Shown here piece by piece: positions 7,747 through 18,261 of a stretch of DNA of 58,756 nt (its first letter is position 1; the number at the start of each line of letters is the position of its first letter). The position numbers and the translations under genes are program-made. The notes beneath the pieces were generated by a model, which was not told the origin of the DNA, made no database searches, and saw only the letters and a list, made by a program, of their open reading frames with translations. This DNA is from Desulfobulbales bacterium (lineage in GTDB: Bacteria > Desulfobacterota > Desulfobulbia > Desulfobulbales > BM004), in the NCBI GenBank assembly GCA_041599275.1, contig JBFHWX010000003.1, positions 1 to 58,756 of the forward strand. The letters are read 5' to 3'.

Positions 7747-10578
7747 TCAGGTCGGGTGCGGTGGGTCGAAGGCGGTGAGGTCCGGTTCACCGCAAAGCGT
7801 GACAATGGCGTTTCTTGTCGCCTGCCGCAGGGACAGGGCGGCGGGCCAGTCGTTTCCCTCGGGGGTTATGGGCGGGCAGACGGTGACCTGTACCGTGCCC
7901 CGCCTCATGAACCAGGAGCCGGAGCGGAGCATGGAGCGGGTGCCGCGGATGGCCACCGGCACCACCTCGAGGCCGGCGCGGGCCGCCACCATGAAAGCCC
8001 CCATGTAGAAGGGCAGCAGCCCCGGCATCCGCCGGAAAGTGCCTTCGGGAAAGAAAAAAAACGAGGTTGATGCCAGGCGGGCCAGGCGCTCCACTTCGAC
8101 CGGGCCCCTGGCGTTTTCGAAGCGGTCGACGAACTGCACGCCGAGCCGGGAGAGGGCGGTGCGGGTGAAGAAGCGATCGGCCAGCTCGGCCTTGGCCACG
8201 TAGGAGCCTTCGAGCGGCAGGGCGGCGGCCAGCACGATGGCGTCGAGGTAGCTCTGGTGGTTGGCCACCACCACCAGGGGCCGGCCCCTGGGCAGATGCT
8301 CGAGGCCGCGGACCAGCAGCGGCGTGCCCGAGAGACGGACCAGGAGCCGGGCCGTGGTCCGCGCCGCACGCCAGCGCAGGGAAGCGGTGGGCAGCAGCAT
8401 GACGAGAATCCAGGTGGGGGGCGCCAGCAGGTAGAAAAGGGTCCAGCAGGCGACGTTGTAGAGCAGGGCCGCCGCTTCCCGCCGGCGGCGCTTGAGGCCG
8501 GGAGCGATGCCGGCCAGGGCGAGGCGGGCGAGTTGCAGCCAGGGGGCACGGCCAGGCCGTTCGAGGGTGTTGTCCTCGTACGCCTTGCGGCAGGCGGCCC
8601 GGCGTATCTTGCCGCTGGAGGTTTTGGGCACCGTGTGCGGCGCCACGATGCGCACTTCGTCGGCCGGGGCGCCGATGGCGTCGGTGACCGCCTGATGCAC
8701 GGCGCTTTGTATCTGCTTCCGGCGCTCGGGGTTGGTCTCCCTGCTCTCGGCCACCACCACCAGCCGTTCGGTGCCGCCCAGGGCATCGGGCGTTCCGAAG
8801 ACTGCCACGCAGCCGCGACGCACCCCGTCCACCTCGCTCACCGTTTCTTCCAGCTCGTGGGGCGGGATGTTGCGACCGGCCCGGATGATGAGGTCTTTTA
8901 CCCGGCCGGTGACGAAGATTTCGTCGCCGGCCATGTAGGCGAGGTCGCCACTGTCCAGCCAGTCGCCATGGAACAGGGCGGCGGTCTGCTCCTGGCTCCT
9001 GAGGTAGCCGCTGGTAGCCGACGGGCCCCGGAACTGCAGGTGGCCCTCGTGGCGCTCGGGCAACTCCCGGTCCCGGGAGTCGACGACCCGCACCTGGTGC
9101 CCGGCAAGGGGGCGGCCGCAGGAAGGGACGAGCAGAGGATCGGCGCAGGAGGCGGCGGCCGGCTGCGCCTCGCCGGTCTGCTGGAAGCGCAGCCGGTCGA
9201 TGCGGTCGACGAGCGGGCCCCGGTCCATGGGCGGAAAGCTGAGGCCCACCGAGGACTCGGCGAGGCCGTAGACCGGGGTCATGGCCCGGGGGGAAAAGCC
9301 GTGGGAAGCGAATCTTTCGGCAAAAAGAGCGATGGTGGCCGGCCGCACCGGCTCGGCGCCGTTGAAGGCGTGGCGCAGGGAGGAAAGGTCGAGGCCGGCC
9401 AGCTCGTCGTCGCCGATTTTGCGGCAGCAGAGCTCATAGCCGAAATTGGGGGCGGCGGTGAGGGTGGCCCGCTGCTCGTCTATGGCCTTGAGCCAGCGCA
9501 CCGGCCGGCGCAGAAAGGCGAAGGGGGAAAGCAGCGCCAACCGGAAGCCGAAGTAGAGGCTGCCGAGCCAGGCGCCGATGAGCCCCATGTCATGGTAGAG
9601 AGGCAGCCAGCTCACGAAGACGTCGGCGGGGGTCACCCCGCTCGCCGCGCCCATGGCCCGGATATTGGCCAGCAGGTTGAGGTGGGAGAGGATCACGCCC
9701 TTGGGGTTTCCGGTGGAGCCCGAGGTGTACTGGAGAAGCGCCGTGTCCTGGGGCCAGGCCGGCACGGGCTGGGCCATGGGCGGCAGGGTCTGCAGTTCCT
9801 CCGGGGTCGCGACCCGGTCGAGGCCGGAGGTCTGGGCCTTCAGCAGGCGGGCGAAGTTTTTCGCCTCCGGGATGGTGATGAGCAGCCGGGCCCGGGCGTT
9901 GGCCAGAATATGGCGGTGGCGCCGGAAATGCTCTCCTATCTGGGCGGTGCGCACCGGGGGGTAGAGGGGCACTGGCACGCAGCCGGCCAGCAGCGTGCCG
10001 CAGTAACTCTCGAAATAACTGCGGCCGGTGGGCAGCATGAGGGCCACCGCCTCGCCCGCCGTCAGTCCCGCCGCCCGCAGGCCGGCGGCCAGGCGCAGGC
10101 CGCCGTCAAGGAGCGAACCATAGGTGATGGCCTGGTTCTCTTCGAGCAGCAGGATATGGGTGCGCTGGGGGTGACGGCGGCCGTGCCAGAGCAGGACATC
10201 GGTCAGGGTGGCGGCGTTCGTCGGGATGGCTGGAGTTTCAGTGTCGGCTGCTTCTTCGGGAAAATGTTTCGAAAGGGTTTCGGTTGGCGGCCGCGCCGCA
10301 ACCTCGCTCCGGCCAACGAGCCGCAGCAGGTCGCGCAGGGTCTCCACCGAGGCCAGGGCCTGGTCGGTGAGGGTGACGCCACAGGCCCGTTCGACCCGGG
10401 TGTAGAATTCCATCCGGGTCAGGCTGTCGAAGCCCAGGTCCCGGTCGAGGGCGGCGTCGAGGCCCGGCGGCTCACCGTTGCGGCCCGTGGTCTCGGTCTG
10501 CAGCCGGGCCGCCAGGGTGACGATGGTGGCTCCCTGGTCGGCGGTCTGCTGCGGTCTGCTGTCGTGGGCGTCGGCCAT
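7747..10578 (-). CDS. ACP - fatty acyl-AMP ligase - PlsC-type acyltransferase tridomain protein
   Basis: DLGFDSL (Ppant Ser); LQYTSGSTGNPKGV, WLPLYHDMGLIG, YGLAES, PKTSSGKIRR (FAAL); NHQSYLD, FFPEGT (acyltransferase); GGAGG RBS before ATG 10578. Confidence 0.9.
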   Translation of the reverse strand: MADAHDSRPQQTADQGATIVTLAARLQTETTGRNGEPPGLDAALDRDLGFDSLTRMEFYTRVERACGVTLTDQALASVETLRDLLRLVGRSEVAARPPTETLSKHFPEEAADTETPAIPTNAATLTDVLLWHGRRHPQRTHILLLEENQAITYGSLLDGGLRLAAGLRAAGLTAGEAVALMLPTGRSYFESYCGTLLAGCVPVPLYPPVRTAQIGEHFRRHRHILANARARLLITIPEAKNFARLLKAQTSGLDRVATPEELQTLPPMAQPVPAWPQDTALLQYTSGSTGNPKGVILSHLNLLANIRAMGAASGVTPADVFVSWLPLYHDMGLIGAWLGSLYFGFRLALLSPFAFLRRPVRWLKAIDEQRATLTAAPNFGYELCCRKIGDDELAGLDLSSLRHAFNGAEPVRPATIALFAERFASHGFSPRAMTPVYGLAESSVGLSFPPMDRGPLVDRIDRLRFQQTGEAQPAAASCADPLLVPSCGRPLAGHQVRVVDSRDRELPERHEGHLQFRGPSATSGYLRSQEQTAALFHGDWLDSGDLAYMAGDEIFVTGRVKDLIIRAGRNIPPHELEETVSEVDGVRRGCVAVFGTPDALGGTERLVVVAESRETNPERRKQIQSAVHQAVTDAIGAPADEVRIVAPHTVPKTSSGKIRRAACRKAYEDNTLERPGRAPWLQLARLALAGIAPGLKRRRREAAALLYNVACWTLFYLLAPPTWILVMLLPTASLRWRAARTTARLLVRLSGTPLLVRGLEHLPRGRPLVVVANHQSYLDAIVLAAALPLEGSYVAKAELADRFFTRTALSRLGVQFVDRFENARGPVEVERLARLASTSFFFFPEGTFRRMPGLLPFYMGAFMVAARAGLEVVPVAIRGTRSMLRSGSWFMRRGTVQVTVCPPITPEGNDWPAALSLRQATRNAIVTLCGEPDLTAFDPPHPT

Positions 10579-10750
10579 GGGGGCGGAGATCCTCCGTGTC
10601 GGGGGACGGCCAGCGGTCTGCGGACGGTGCTTTTCGGCTGAACCGGGACGGGTGGGGCTGGGTGGCAAGCTGAGGGCGCCGGGGAATCCGTGTGTGCGGT
10701 TCTTCCCTGCAGCCTAGCATCCTGCCGGGTGCCGCGCAAGCGAATCCGTT

Positions 10751-12133
10751 TCAGCGGTTCAGCTGGCGGTTCAGCTTGCCGAGCATGATGCCGAGCAGTA
10801 GCAGGCCGGCAAAAAGAATTGCCCACAGCAGCCATTTTTTCCAGGGCAACGGGGCGGGCGGCGGCTGGAGCGCCGCGCTGCCGCCCAGTTCTACCGGGGC
10901 GCCCATGGTCGCCTGGCCCACCATGGCCCGGCTGTGTTCGTCGGCCAGGGCCTGGAGGATCAGGTCGGAGGGGGCTGCCGCGTCCTGCTGCAGGTGGCCG
11001 TTGCCAAAGGCGAGCAGGAAGGGCGGAGTGCCGCGGGCCACGAACAGCAATTCGTGGGGAAGCCAGCCGAGCACCAGACGTGGCGGTTTTTTGGCGAGAG
11101 CGATGCCGAGGCCCTGGCGGTCGATGGCCAGCTGCCAGGATGGATCACTCACCGGCGGAAGGGGAAGATCGGCGTTCTTCAGGGTGGTACCGTCGAAGCG
11201 CAGGTCATGGAAAAGAGCCGCCCCCCGTGGTAGCCAGCCGGACTTGTGGTCGGAGCGGGACAACACCCTGGCCCGCAGCATGGAGTTGTCCTCGGCAAAC
11301 TCCAGGTTCAGGGTCTCCACCGGCAAGCGGGCTGCGGCGTCATAGTGGAGCCGCACTTCTTTTTCGTCTTCCTCGACGAAGCGGGCTTCGAGCACCGTGT
11401 GGTGGCGCGGCCTGTTGATGGACTGGGGCAGGAAACGGCCGTTTGCGGCAACAAGGGGGAGCGGGCCGTCCTGCCAGGAAAGGCGCAGGTAGCGGCCCGG
11501 CGGGCGGGGCAGGGGCAGCGTTTGCTGGCGGATGGTGTTCTCGCCGTAACGCAGTTCCGCCAGGGTGCGGCGTGGGATGAGCTCCCGCCAGGAGGTCAGG
11601 TCGTCGCTGTCGTGCACGGAGGCGGTGGTCACGAAGGGTTCTCCGTTTTCGGGCCAGTGCAGCTCGAGCTCCTGAACCGGTTGCTCGAATCCGCTCAGGT
11701 CGAGAAGATAGCCGGAAAGGGTCTTCTCGCTGTTTTTCGTTTGGTCCCTGGTGCCGACGGCGATGATGGTACCGTCGCTGCCGCGGGTGATCTGCAGGGA
11801 AAGATCTTCTTCGCTGCGTTGGGTGTGGTCCTGGTGAAGGGGAAAGAAGGGAATGGGTCTGTCCGGCAGGTGCTGGCCGATTTCTTGTTGCTGCCGGGCC
11901 AGGGAGTGGGGGACCATTTCGCCGTCCTGGTTGAAGACCCGCAGGTCGCCCAGGTCGGCGCGCAGCACGGTGCGGTAGACCTCCTCCGGCAGGATGACCC
12001 GGTAGACCGCGGCGGTGCCGTCGGTTTCCAGGGTAAGGCCACGGGCAAAGGCCATGGGGTCGGGATCGCTGTTGGCCAGAGCGGCCAGAGGAGCCAGGCA
12101 GAGGAAGGCGAGGAGTGCGAGAAATAGTTTCAT
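10751..12133 (-). CDS. DUF3999-like exported protein with a C-terminal TM anchor
   Basis: Signal peptide MKLFLALL; DLGDLRVFN..GE.VP; LLFVARG.PPF.LAFG; KKWLLWAIL; ATGA-coupled to the upstream DUF2339 gene. Confidence 0.8.
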   Translation of the reverse strand: MKLFLALLAFLCLAPLAALANSDPDPMAFARGLTLETDGTAAVYRVILPEEVYRTVLRADLGDLRVFNQDGEMVPHSLARQQQEIGQHLPDRPIPFFPLHQDHTQRSEEDLSLQITRGSDGTIIAVGTRDQTKNSEKTLSGYLLDLSGFEQPVQELELHWPENGEPFVTTASVHDSDDLTSWRELIPRRTLAELRYGENTIRQQTLPLPRPPGRYLRLSWQDGPLPLVAANGRFLPQSINRPRHHTVLEARFVEEDEKEVRLHYDAAARLPVETLNLEFAEDNSMLRARVLSRSDHKSGWLPRGAALFHDLRFDGTTLKNADLPLPPVSDPSWQLAIDRQGLGIALAKKPPRLVLGWLPHELLFVARGTPPFLLAFGNGHLQQDAAAPSDLILQALADEHSRAMVGQATMGAPVELGGSAALQPPPAPLPWKKWLLWAILFAGLLLLGIMLGKLNRQLNR

Positions 12134-14892
12134 AAAAGGTGTTGGGTGTCGTCTGCAGTGGGCGGCTCGTCGAGACCGCTTCCCACTCCGGGGGTTGCCT
12201 GCCGGTGGGGCGGCAGGGGAGAGAAATAGCCGATGGCCAGCATCAGGCTGCCTACCGCCAGAAAGGAGACGATGCGGCCCACGGTGCCGGTGCCGGAGAG
12301 ATCCACCAGGAAGAGCTTGAGCACTACCAGGCCGAGGAGACCGGCGCCGGTGAACCAGAGCTGGCGCCGGCCGCCGCGGGTGGCCCGTACGGTGATGAGA
12401 AGGGCAGTCAGGGTCCAGAGGATGGAGAGGGTGGCCTGGTAGACCACCGAGTGGAACATGGCGGCAACGGTGAACGGGGTGGAGGCAAAATGGTGGATGA
12501 CCCGGGCCGCCGTGCTGTTGAGCCATAGAAAGAGAAGGAGGGAGGTGAGGATGAAGGGGGTGGCGACGGGCAGGCCGCTCAGGCTGGCCGGCGGTTTTTC
12601 GGCGCAGGCCCGGGCCCAGAAGAAGAGGACCAGCAGCACCAGGAGCTGGGCCAGTTCCAGGGGATTGGCGAGCGGCAGATAGGTCAGGGGGGCGGGAGTG
12701 CCCGGTTCGAGAAAGCTTGAGAAACACCAGAAGGCGAGAAAGAGCACCGGCCCCAAGAGACCGAGATCCAGGTAGAGTTCGAGACGGCCCCTCACCGGCC
12801 AGCCCAGGCGCGCTCCGCGGCGGATGATGAGCAGGACCGGTGCCGCCACCAGCAGGCCGCGGGTCGCAAGGGCCCAGGCCGGTGCGAGCTCCGGCAGTCG
12901 GCCCACCCACCAGGCTGCTTCGTGGGAGAGAACGGCGAGCAGGCACCAGAAGCTCACGGCGTGGCCGCCAGCCATGAGTCGCGGCGGCCAGCGCTCTTCC
13001 TGGCGCCGCAGCAGCAGGTACTGAACCGCGAAGGCCAGGGGCCAGGCGAGGCGGCCCCAGTCGGTCAGAAAATGGGGCGGGGTATCGCCCAGTGCCAGGG
13101 TGGGCAGGGCCGCCAGACAGAGCACGGGGAGAAATCCGAAGGTGGCGCGGTTGAGGGCTGGCCACTCGAGGCGGCCACCCAGCATGCCGAGTACATGAAA
13201 GGAGAGGGTGCAGAAGAGCACGGCGCCGTCGCGCCGGTCGCGGTAGCTGAAAACATCCCGCACTTCCTCGAGCCCGGCGCCGAACCACCAGAGAAGCGCC
13301 CAGGCAAGGAAAAGGACGGGCAGTGGCAGCCGCAGTTCGATGGCGCGCAACTTGTGCCGGTGGCGGCCGAGGTACCAGCCCGAAAAGAGGCCCGCCGCCG
13401 CGGTGAGCCCGCTGCCCAGAAAGAAGCGGTTTACGAAGGGCGGGCCGTTTTCAACAAAGGGATCCCCCGCCGCCAGAAGCGCCAGGCCGCCGCCAAGTTG
13501 CAGCAGCAGGCCGAAGGCCCGGGCGGGGAAGCGGTTCTGGCGGATGCCGACCCAGATCAGTGCCGCCCCCTCGAGGGCCCAGGTAGAGGCGGTCCATTCG
13601 CCATCCAGGGCCAGGGGCACGGCCAGACTGCCGAACACCACGGCCATGGCCAGAAAGGCCTCCACCAGAAGTCGCATGCCCTCCTGCAGCCGGCCCCAGA
13701 GCACGGTGGCGAGCCCGGCGTAGAAGAGGCCCAGGGCGAGGGCCGAGAGGGCGAGGCCGTGCTCCATGTCGTTCACCAGGCCCACCTGCAGGCCGAAGGC
13801 GACCAGCGGCAGGCCAAAGACCAGCGGCGTGTCGATGTAGCCCCTGAGATCAAGCGGTTGGCGCAGAGCGAAGAGCACCGAGATGGCGACGTAGAACAGG
13901 AAGAAGAGGACGAGAAAGGGTTCGGTGGTGGAGAAGTGCTCGGGCTGGTAGGAGGTATATCCCCAGAGCCCGGAGATGACGAAGGTGAAGAGAAAGCCCG
14001 CCAGGTTCAATTCACGCCAGGCCCGGAACCAGCTGATCCCCAGGATGGAGGCGTTCAGGAGCGCGTAGTAGGAGAAGAGCAGCACGTGGTTGCCGCCGCC
14101 GGAAGACATCAGCACCGGCGCCAGGAAGCCGCCGGTAAGGCCAAAGAAGGCGAGAACGCGGGCCTCCTGGAGTACGGCCAGCGCTCCGGAAAGGGCGACG
14201 AGCCCCACCATGACGGCAAGTGCCAGGGAAGCGGGCAGCAGGTGGTAGAGCTTGGCCGCGGCGAACACCGTGAGGTAGAGCACGCCGACCCCGCCGCCCT
14301 GCAGGCCGAGGCCGTAAAACAGGGCCCTGGCTCTCAGTTTCCAGCCGGCGGCAAGCAGCCCCAAGCCGCCCAGGGCCACCGCTGCCAGGCGCAGCTCGAT
14401 GGGCACGATGTTGCGCTGGGCCGCGTACTTGAGAAGAAAGGCGACACCGAAGAAGAGCACCACCAGGCCTGTTTTCAGTACCACGTTGCCGGTGGTGAAG
14501 AAGTTCTTTAAAAGGGTGCCGGTGCTTTCGATGCCGGAGGTTGCCCGGCCGAGAAGTCCGGCAGAAGCCGGTTGTGGGGCTGGGCGTCTGTCCGGTTCAG
14601 TCCGCGGGGGAGAAGCGGCCGGCGGTGGCAGGTCGGAAGCGAAGGGCCGGGCTTTCATTCCGGAAGAAGAGCCGGTGGAGAGCGGCTCATCTTCTATTTC
14701 GAACTCCACCACCCGTTCGGTGGCCGGCGGGCCCGCTGGCTGCCGCTCTTTTTCGAGCCGGGCAATCCGCTTGCGCAGGGCCAGAACCTCGGCGGCCAGG
14801 ATGCCGGACAAAAGCCCGAAGGCGGCACCTGCCGGGGAGTCGGCCAGCAGGCCGCCGGCCAGGCCGCAGACGATGGCGAGAACGATATGCAC
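12130..14892 (-). CDS. DUF2339 multi-pass membrane protein
   Basis: FFTTGN..LK.G..VLFFGVAFLLKY; C-terminal KLFLVDLSGTGTVGRIVSFL..G..Y.SP.PP; GTG start after AAGGAGG. Confidence 0.85.
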   Translation of the reverse strand: MHIVLAIVCGLAGGLLADSPAGAAFGLLSGILAAEVLALRKRIARLEKERQPAGPPATERVVEFEIEDEPLSTGSSSGMKARPFASDLPPPAASPPRTEPDRRPAPQPASAGLLGRATSGIESTGTLLKNFFTTGNVVLKTGLVVLFFGVAFLLKYAAQRNIVPIELRLAAVALGGLGLLAAGWKLRARALFYGLGLQGGGVGVLYLTVFAAAKLYHLLPASLALAVMVGLVALSGALAVLQEARVLAFFGLTGGFLAPVLMSSGGGNHVLLFSYYALLNASILGISWFRAWRELNLAGFLFTFVISGLWGYTSYQPEHFSTTEPFLVLFFLFYVAISVLFALRQPLDLRGYIDTPLVFGLPLVAFGLQVGLVNDMEHGLALSALALGLFYAGLATVLWGRLQEGMRLLVEAFLAMAVVFGSLAVPLALDGEWTASTWALEGAALIWVGIRQNRFPARAFGLLLQLGGGLALLAAGDPFVENGPPFVNRFFLGSGLTAAAGLFSGWYLGRHRHKLRAIELRLPLPVLFLAWALLWWFGAGLEEVRDVFSYRDRRDGAVLFCTLSFHVLGMLGGRLEWPALNRATFGFLPVLCLAALPTLALGDTPPHFLTDWGRLAWPLAFAVQYLLLRRQEERWPPRLMAGGHAVSFWCLLAVLSHEAAWWVGRLPELAPAWALATRGLLVAAPVLLIIRRGARLGWPVRGRLELYLDLGLLGPVLFLAFWCFSSFLEPGTPAPLTYLPLANPLELAQLLVLLVLFFWARACAEKPPASLSGLPVATPFILTSLLLFLWLNSTAARVIHHFASTPFTVAAMFHSVVYQATLSILWTLTALLITVRATRGGRRQLWFTGAGLLGLVVLKLFLVDLSGTGTVGRIVSFLAVGSLMLAIGYFSPLPPHRQATPGVGSGLDEPPTADDTQHLL

Positions 14893-14908
14893 GTGACCGG
14901 CCGCCTCC

Positions 14909-17530
14909 TTAGCGGACATACCAGAGCAGGCCGCGGCGGGCCAGGAGTTTCTCCGCTTCCACCGCCCAGAACACCAGGCTCGAAGCGGCGAACATTACCA
15001 GCAGTTCCACGGTGTCGAGGCTTTCGGTGCGGAACACCTTCTGGAAGAGGGGCAGGTAGATCACGGCGAGCTGCAGGCCGACGGTGGCGACAATGGTCCA
15101 CAGCATCGGCTTGTTGCTCAGCAGGCCCTGGCGGAACAGGGAGCGGCGTTCGGAGCGGATCGAGAAGGCATGGCCCAGTTGGGAGAGGCAGAGGGTGGAG
15201 AAGACCATGGTCCGCCAGTGCCAGCCCCAGGCCATGGAGAGCTTGTGCACCGCCAGGCAGACGCCGCCCATCAGCAGGCCCACCCACAGGATGTGCTGCC
15301 AGAGGCCGTGGGCAAAGAGGCTTTCCGCTGGCGGCCGCGGCGCTCTCTCCATGATGTCCTGCTCGGCGGGCTCGGCGGTGAAGGCGAGGCCAGGGGCGCC
15401 GTCGGTGACCAGGTTGATCCACAGGATGTGGATGGGCAGCAGCGGGATGGGCAGGCCGAGGAAAGGAGCGAGGAAAATGGTCCAGATTTCGCCGGTGTTG
15501 CTGGTCAGGGTGTACTTCACGAATTTGCGGATATTGTCGTAGATCCGGCGCCCTTCCCGCACGGCGCCGACGATGGTGGCGAAGTTGTCGTCCAAGAGGA
15601 TCATGCTCGAGGCCTCCTTGGCCACGTCGGTGCCGGTGATCCCCATGGCGATGCCGATTTCTGCCTTCTTGAGGGCCGGCGCGTCGTTCACCCCGTCGCC
15701 GGTCATCGCCACCGCTTCGCCGCGGGCCTGCAGGGCGGAGACGATGGAGAGCTTCTGTTCCGGCGCCACCCGGGCGTAGACCCGGATGCGGTCGACGATC
15801 TCCTCGAGTTTGGCTGGAGCCATGTCGGCCAGTTCGCGGCCGGACACCACCCGGGCCTCGGGGTCGCGGATGATGCCGATCCGCCGGGCGATGCTGGCGG
15901 CGGTGAGGGGGTGGTCGCCGGTGATCATCACCGGCCGGATGCCGGCGGCCAGGCAGGTGGCGACCGCCGCCGCCGCTTCCGGCCGCGGCGGGTCGAGGGC
16001 GCCGGAAAGGCCGAGGAACTCGAGATCGGCCTCGAGGGTTTCAGCGCTTATTGCTTCGGGCAGTTTGTCGATGAGCTTGCTGCCAAAGGCCAGGATGCGC
16101 AAGCCGCCGTTGGCCATGGCCTGCAGGTGAGGTTCCGCCGCCACCGGGTCGAGGTCGCGGCAGGCGGCGGCCAGGGCCTCGAAGCCGCCCTTGACCAGGA
16201 CCAGGAAAGAGCCCTCCGGGGTGCGGTGCACGGTGGTCATGGCCTGGCGCTCGGAACTGAACGGCACCTCCGCCACCCGCGGGTAGGTCTGCTCCAGCAC
16301 CTGCTTGTGGAGCCCGGCCTGCCGGGCCTTCTCCCAGGTCGCCACCTCGGTGGGGTCGCCCACCGGCAGGCCGGCCTCGTCGGGGTGCACGTCGTTGTTG
16401 AGGGCCATGGCCAGGAAGAGCCGGCCGTGGGGAGAGCGGTGCGGTGCCTCGAGATCGGCGATGGCCGGCGCCGCAAGGGGCTGGAAAAGCTGATCGCGCA
16501 CCTGCTCGACGGTCATCCGGTTCTCGGTCAGGGTACCGGTCTTGTCGGTGCAGACCACCGTGGTCGAACCCAGGGTTTCCACCGCCGGCAGCCGCCGGAT
16601 GAGGGCCTGGCGCCGCACCATCTGCCGGGCGCCCAGGGCAAGGGCGATGGTGACCACCGCCGGCAGGGCCTCGGGCACCGCCGCCACCGCCAGGCTCACC
16701 GAGGTGAGGAACATGAGCAGCAGCCCTTCGCCGCGCAGGATGCCGGCGAGGAAGACGGCGAGGCAGATCGCCACCGCCGCCGCCGCCAGGTTGCGGCTCA
16801 CCCGGGCCAGACGGAGCTGGAGCGGTGTTTTCATGGACTCGGTCTCGGTGAGCAGCCGGGCGATGGACCCCATCTCGGTGTGCATGCCGGTGGCGGTCAC
16901 CACCCCGAGCCCGCGGCCGTAGGTGATCCGGGTGCCCTTGTGGGCCATGTTGTGGCGGTCCCCCACCGCTATGTCGCCGGCGGCGAGCCGGGCCGCGTCC
17001 TTTTCCACCGGCACCGACTCGCCGGTGAGCGGCGACTCGTCGATCTTGACCGCGGAGCTCTCGAAGAGGCGCAGATCGGCGGGCACGATCATGCCGGCTT
17101 CGAGGAGCACCACGTCGCCCCGCACCACCTCGCGGCCCGGAATGCGGGCCACCACCCCGTCGCGCTTCACCACCGCGAAGGGAGCGGCCATGGACTTCAA
17201 GGCCTGCATCGCCTTTTCCGCCCGGTACTCCTGGACAAAGCCGATAACGGCGTTGAGGATTACGATCACCAGAATGGCGATGGCGTCCACCCCTTCGCCC
17301 ACCACTCCGGAAATCACCGCCGCCACCAGCAGCAGGACGATCATCGGGTCGCGGAAATGGGCCAGCAGCATGGCAAGGGGCGACCGCCTCCGGCCTTCCT
17401 GCAATTCGTTGAAACCGTCGGCGGCCAGGCGGCGGGCCGCCTCGCCGCTGCCGAGACCGGCGGGCGAAGAGGCGAGATTCTGCCAGAGTGCGGTCATCTC
17501 CGCGCTGTAGGGCGGCTTGTCGAGGCGCAT
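14909..17530 (-). CDS. Cation-translocating P-type ATPase (P2A, Ca2+-type)
   Basis: [41 protein letters not shown]. Confidence 0.95.
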   Translation of the reverse strand: MRLDKPPYSAEMTALWQNLASSPAGLGSGEAARRLAADGFNELQEGRRRSPLAMLLAHFRDPMIVLLLVAAVISGVVGEGVDAIAILVIVILNAVIGFVQEYRAEKAMQALKSMAAPFAVVKRDGVVARIPGREVVRGDVVLLEAGMIVPADLRLFESSAVKIDESPLTGESVPVEKDAARLAAGDIAVGDRHNMAHKGTRITYGRGLGVVTATGMHTEMGSIARLLTETESMKTPLQLRLARVSRNLAAAAVAICLAVFLAGILRGEGLLLMFLTSVSLAVAAVPEALPAVVTIALALGARQMVRRQALIRRLPAVETLGSTTVVCTDKTGTLTENRMTVEQVRDQLFQPLAAPAIADLEAPHRSPHGRLFLAMALNNDVHPDEAGLPVGDPTEVATWEKARQAGLHKQVLEQTYPRVAEVPFSSERQAMTTVHRTPEGSFLVLVKGGFEALAAACRDLDPVAAEPHLQAMANGGLRILAFGSKLIDKLPEAISAETLEADLEFLGLSGALDPPRPEAAAAVATCLAAGIRPVMITGDHPLTAASIARRIGIIRDPEARVVSGRELADMAPAKLEEIVDRIRVYARVAPEQKLSIVSALQARGEAVAMTGDGVNDAPALKKAEIGIAMGITGTDVAKEASSMILLDDNFATIVGAVREGRRIYDNIRKFVKYTLTSNTGEIWTIFLAPFLGLPIPLLPIHILWINLVTDGAPGLAFTAEPAEQDIMERAPRPPAESLFAHGLWQHILWVGLLMGGVCLAVHKLSMAWGWHWRTMVFSTLCLSQLGHAFSIRSERRSLFRQGLLSNKPMLWTIVATVGLQLAVIYLPLFQKVFRTESLDTVELLVMFAASSLVFWAVEAEKLLARRGLLWYVR

Positions 17531-17673
17531 GGGAAAACAGTTCCTTGTCGAAGAGGTGTTGCCGGGTTTGTGACAGCAGCGGGGCGAAAAAAGTGTTTTG
17601 TCTACGATAGCAGGGTGTTGCCCGGAGTCAATGGATAATTGGCCTACGGTCTGGCCCCTGGCCCCGCCTTCTC

Positions 17674-18261
17674 TCAGCCCTTGTCCCTGTCCAGCAGGGC
17701 CATGGCCGCCTCGAAGCATTTAGGGCAGTAGGAATGGGTTACCCTGGCCGTGCTTCTCTTTTGCAGAAAGACGTCGCTCCGCATCCAGGGGCCGGTGCCA
17801 GGCTCCACCCCGCGGTCGTCCCGGATCTCGCCGCACTGGCAGCAGACCGGGATCAACTGCTCGTATACCGTGACCTTGCGCAGGGCCTCCTGCTTTTCGA
17901 AAAAGCGGCTCATGCGCAACAGCAACTCTTCGAGGTCGCAGGGCTTGAGCAGATAGTCGTCGGCACCGAGGCGCAGGGCCCGGATGGCCGAGGCCATGTC
18001 GCCGTAACCGGTGAGGATGAAGACCCCGGTGTCCGGCCGCTGCCGTTTTGCCTCCTCCAGCACCCCGATGCCGTCCATGCCGGCCATGGACAGATCGGTG
18101 ATCACCAGGTCGAAGGGGGCGGCGGCCTTGGCAAGCTCGGCGATTCCCGTTCGGCCGTCCTGGGCGGTAATGACCTCGAAACCTTCTTCCATGAGGTTGT
18201 GGGAGAGGGATTCGAGGATGATCTCCTCGTCGTCAACCAGAAGGATTTTCTTGCTTTGCAT
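17674..18261 (-). CDS. Response regulator: receiver domain plus a Cys/His-rich C-terminal domain, no DNA-binding domain
   Basis: ILLVDDE, ITDLSM, LTGYG, YLLKP; C-terminal IPVCCQCGEIRDD...THSYCPKC. Confidence 0.9.
   Translation of the reverse strand: MQSKKILLVDDEEIILESLSHNLMEEGFEVITAQDGRTGIAELAKAAAPFDLVITDLSMAGMDGIGVLEEAKRQRPDTGVFILTGYGDMASAIRALRLGADDYLLKPCDLEELLLRMSRFFEKQEALRKVTVYEQLIPVCCQCGEIRDDRGVEPGTGPWMRSDVFLQKRSTARVTHSYCPKCFEAAMALLDRDKG

Noticed and set aside
17531-17673. yybP-ykoY or other riboswitch upstream of the P-type ATPase
   Set aside because: The conserved aptamer motifs are not visible; only a plausible sigma70 promoter is present
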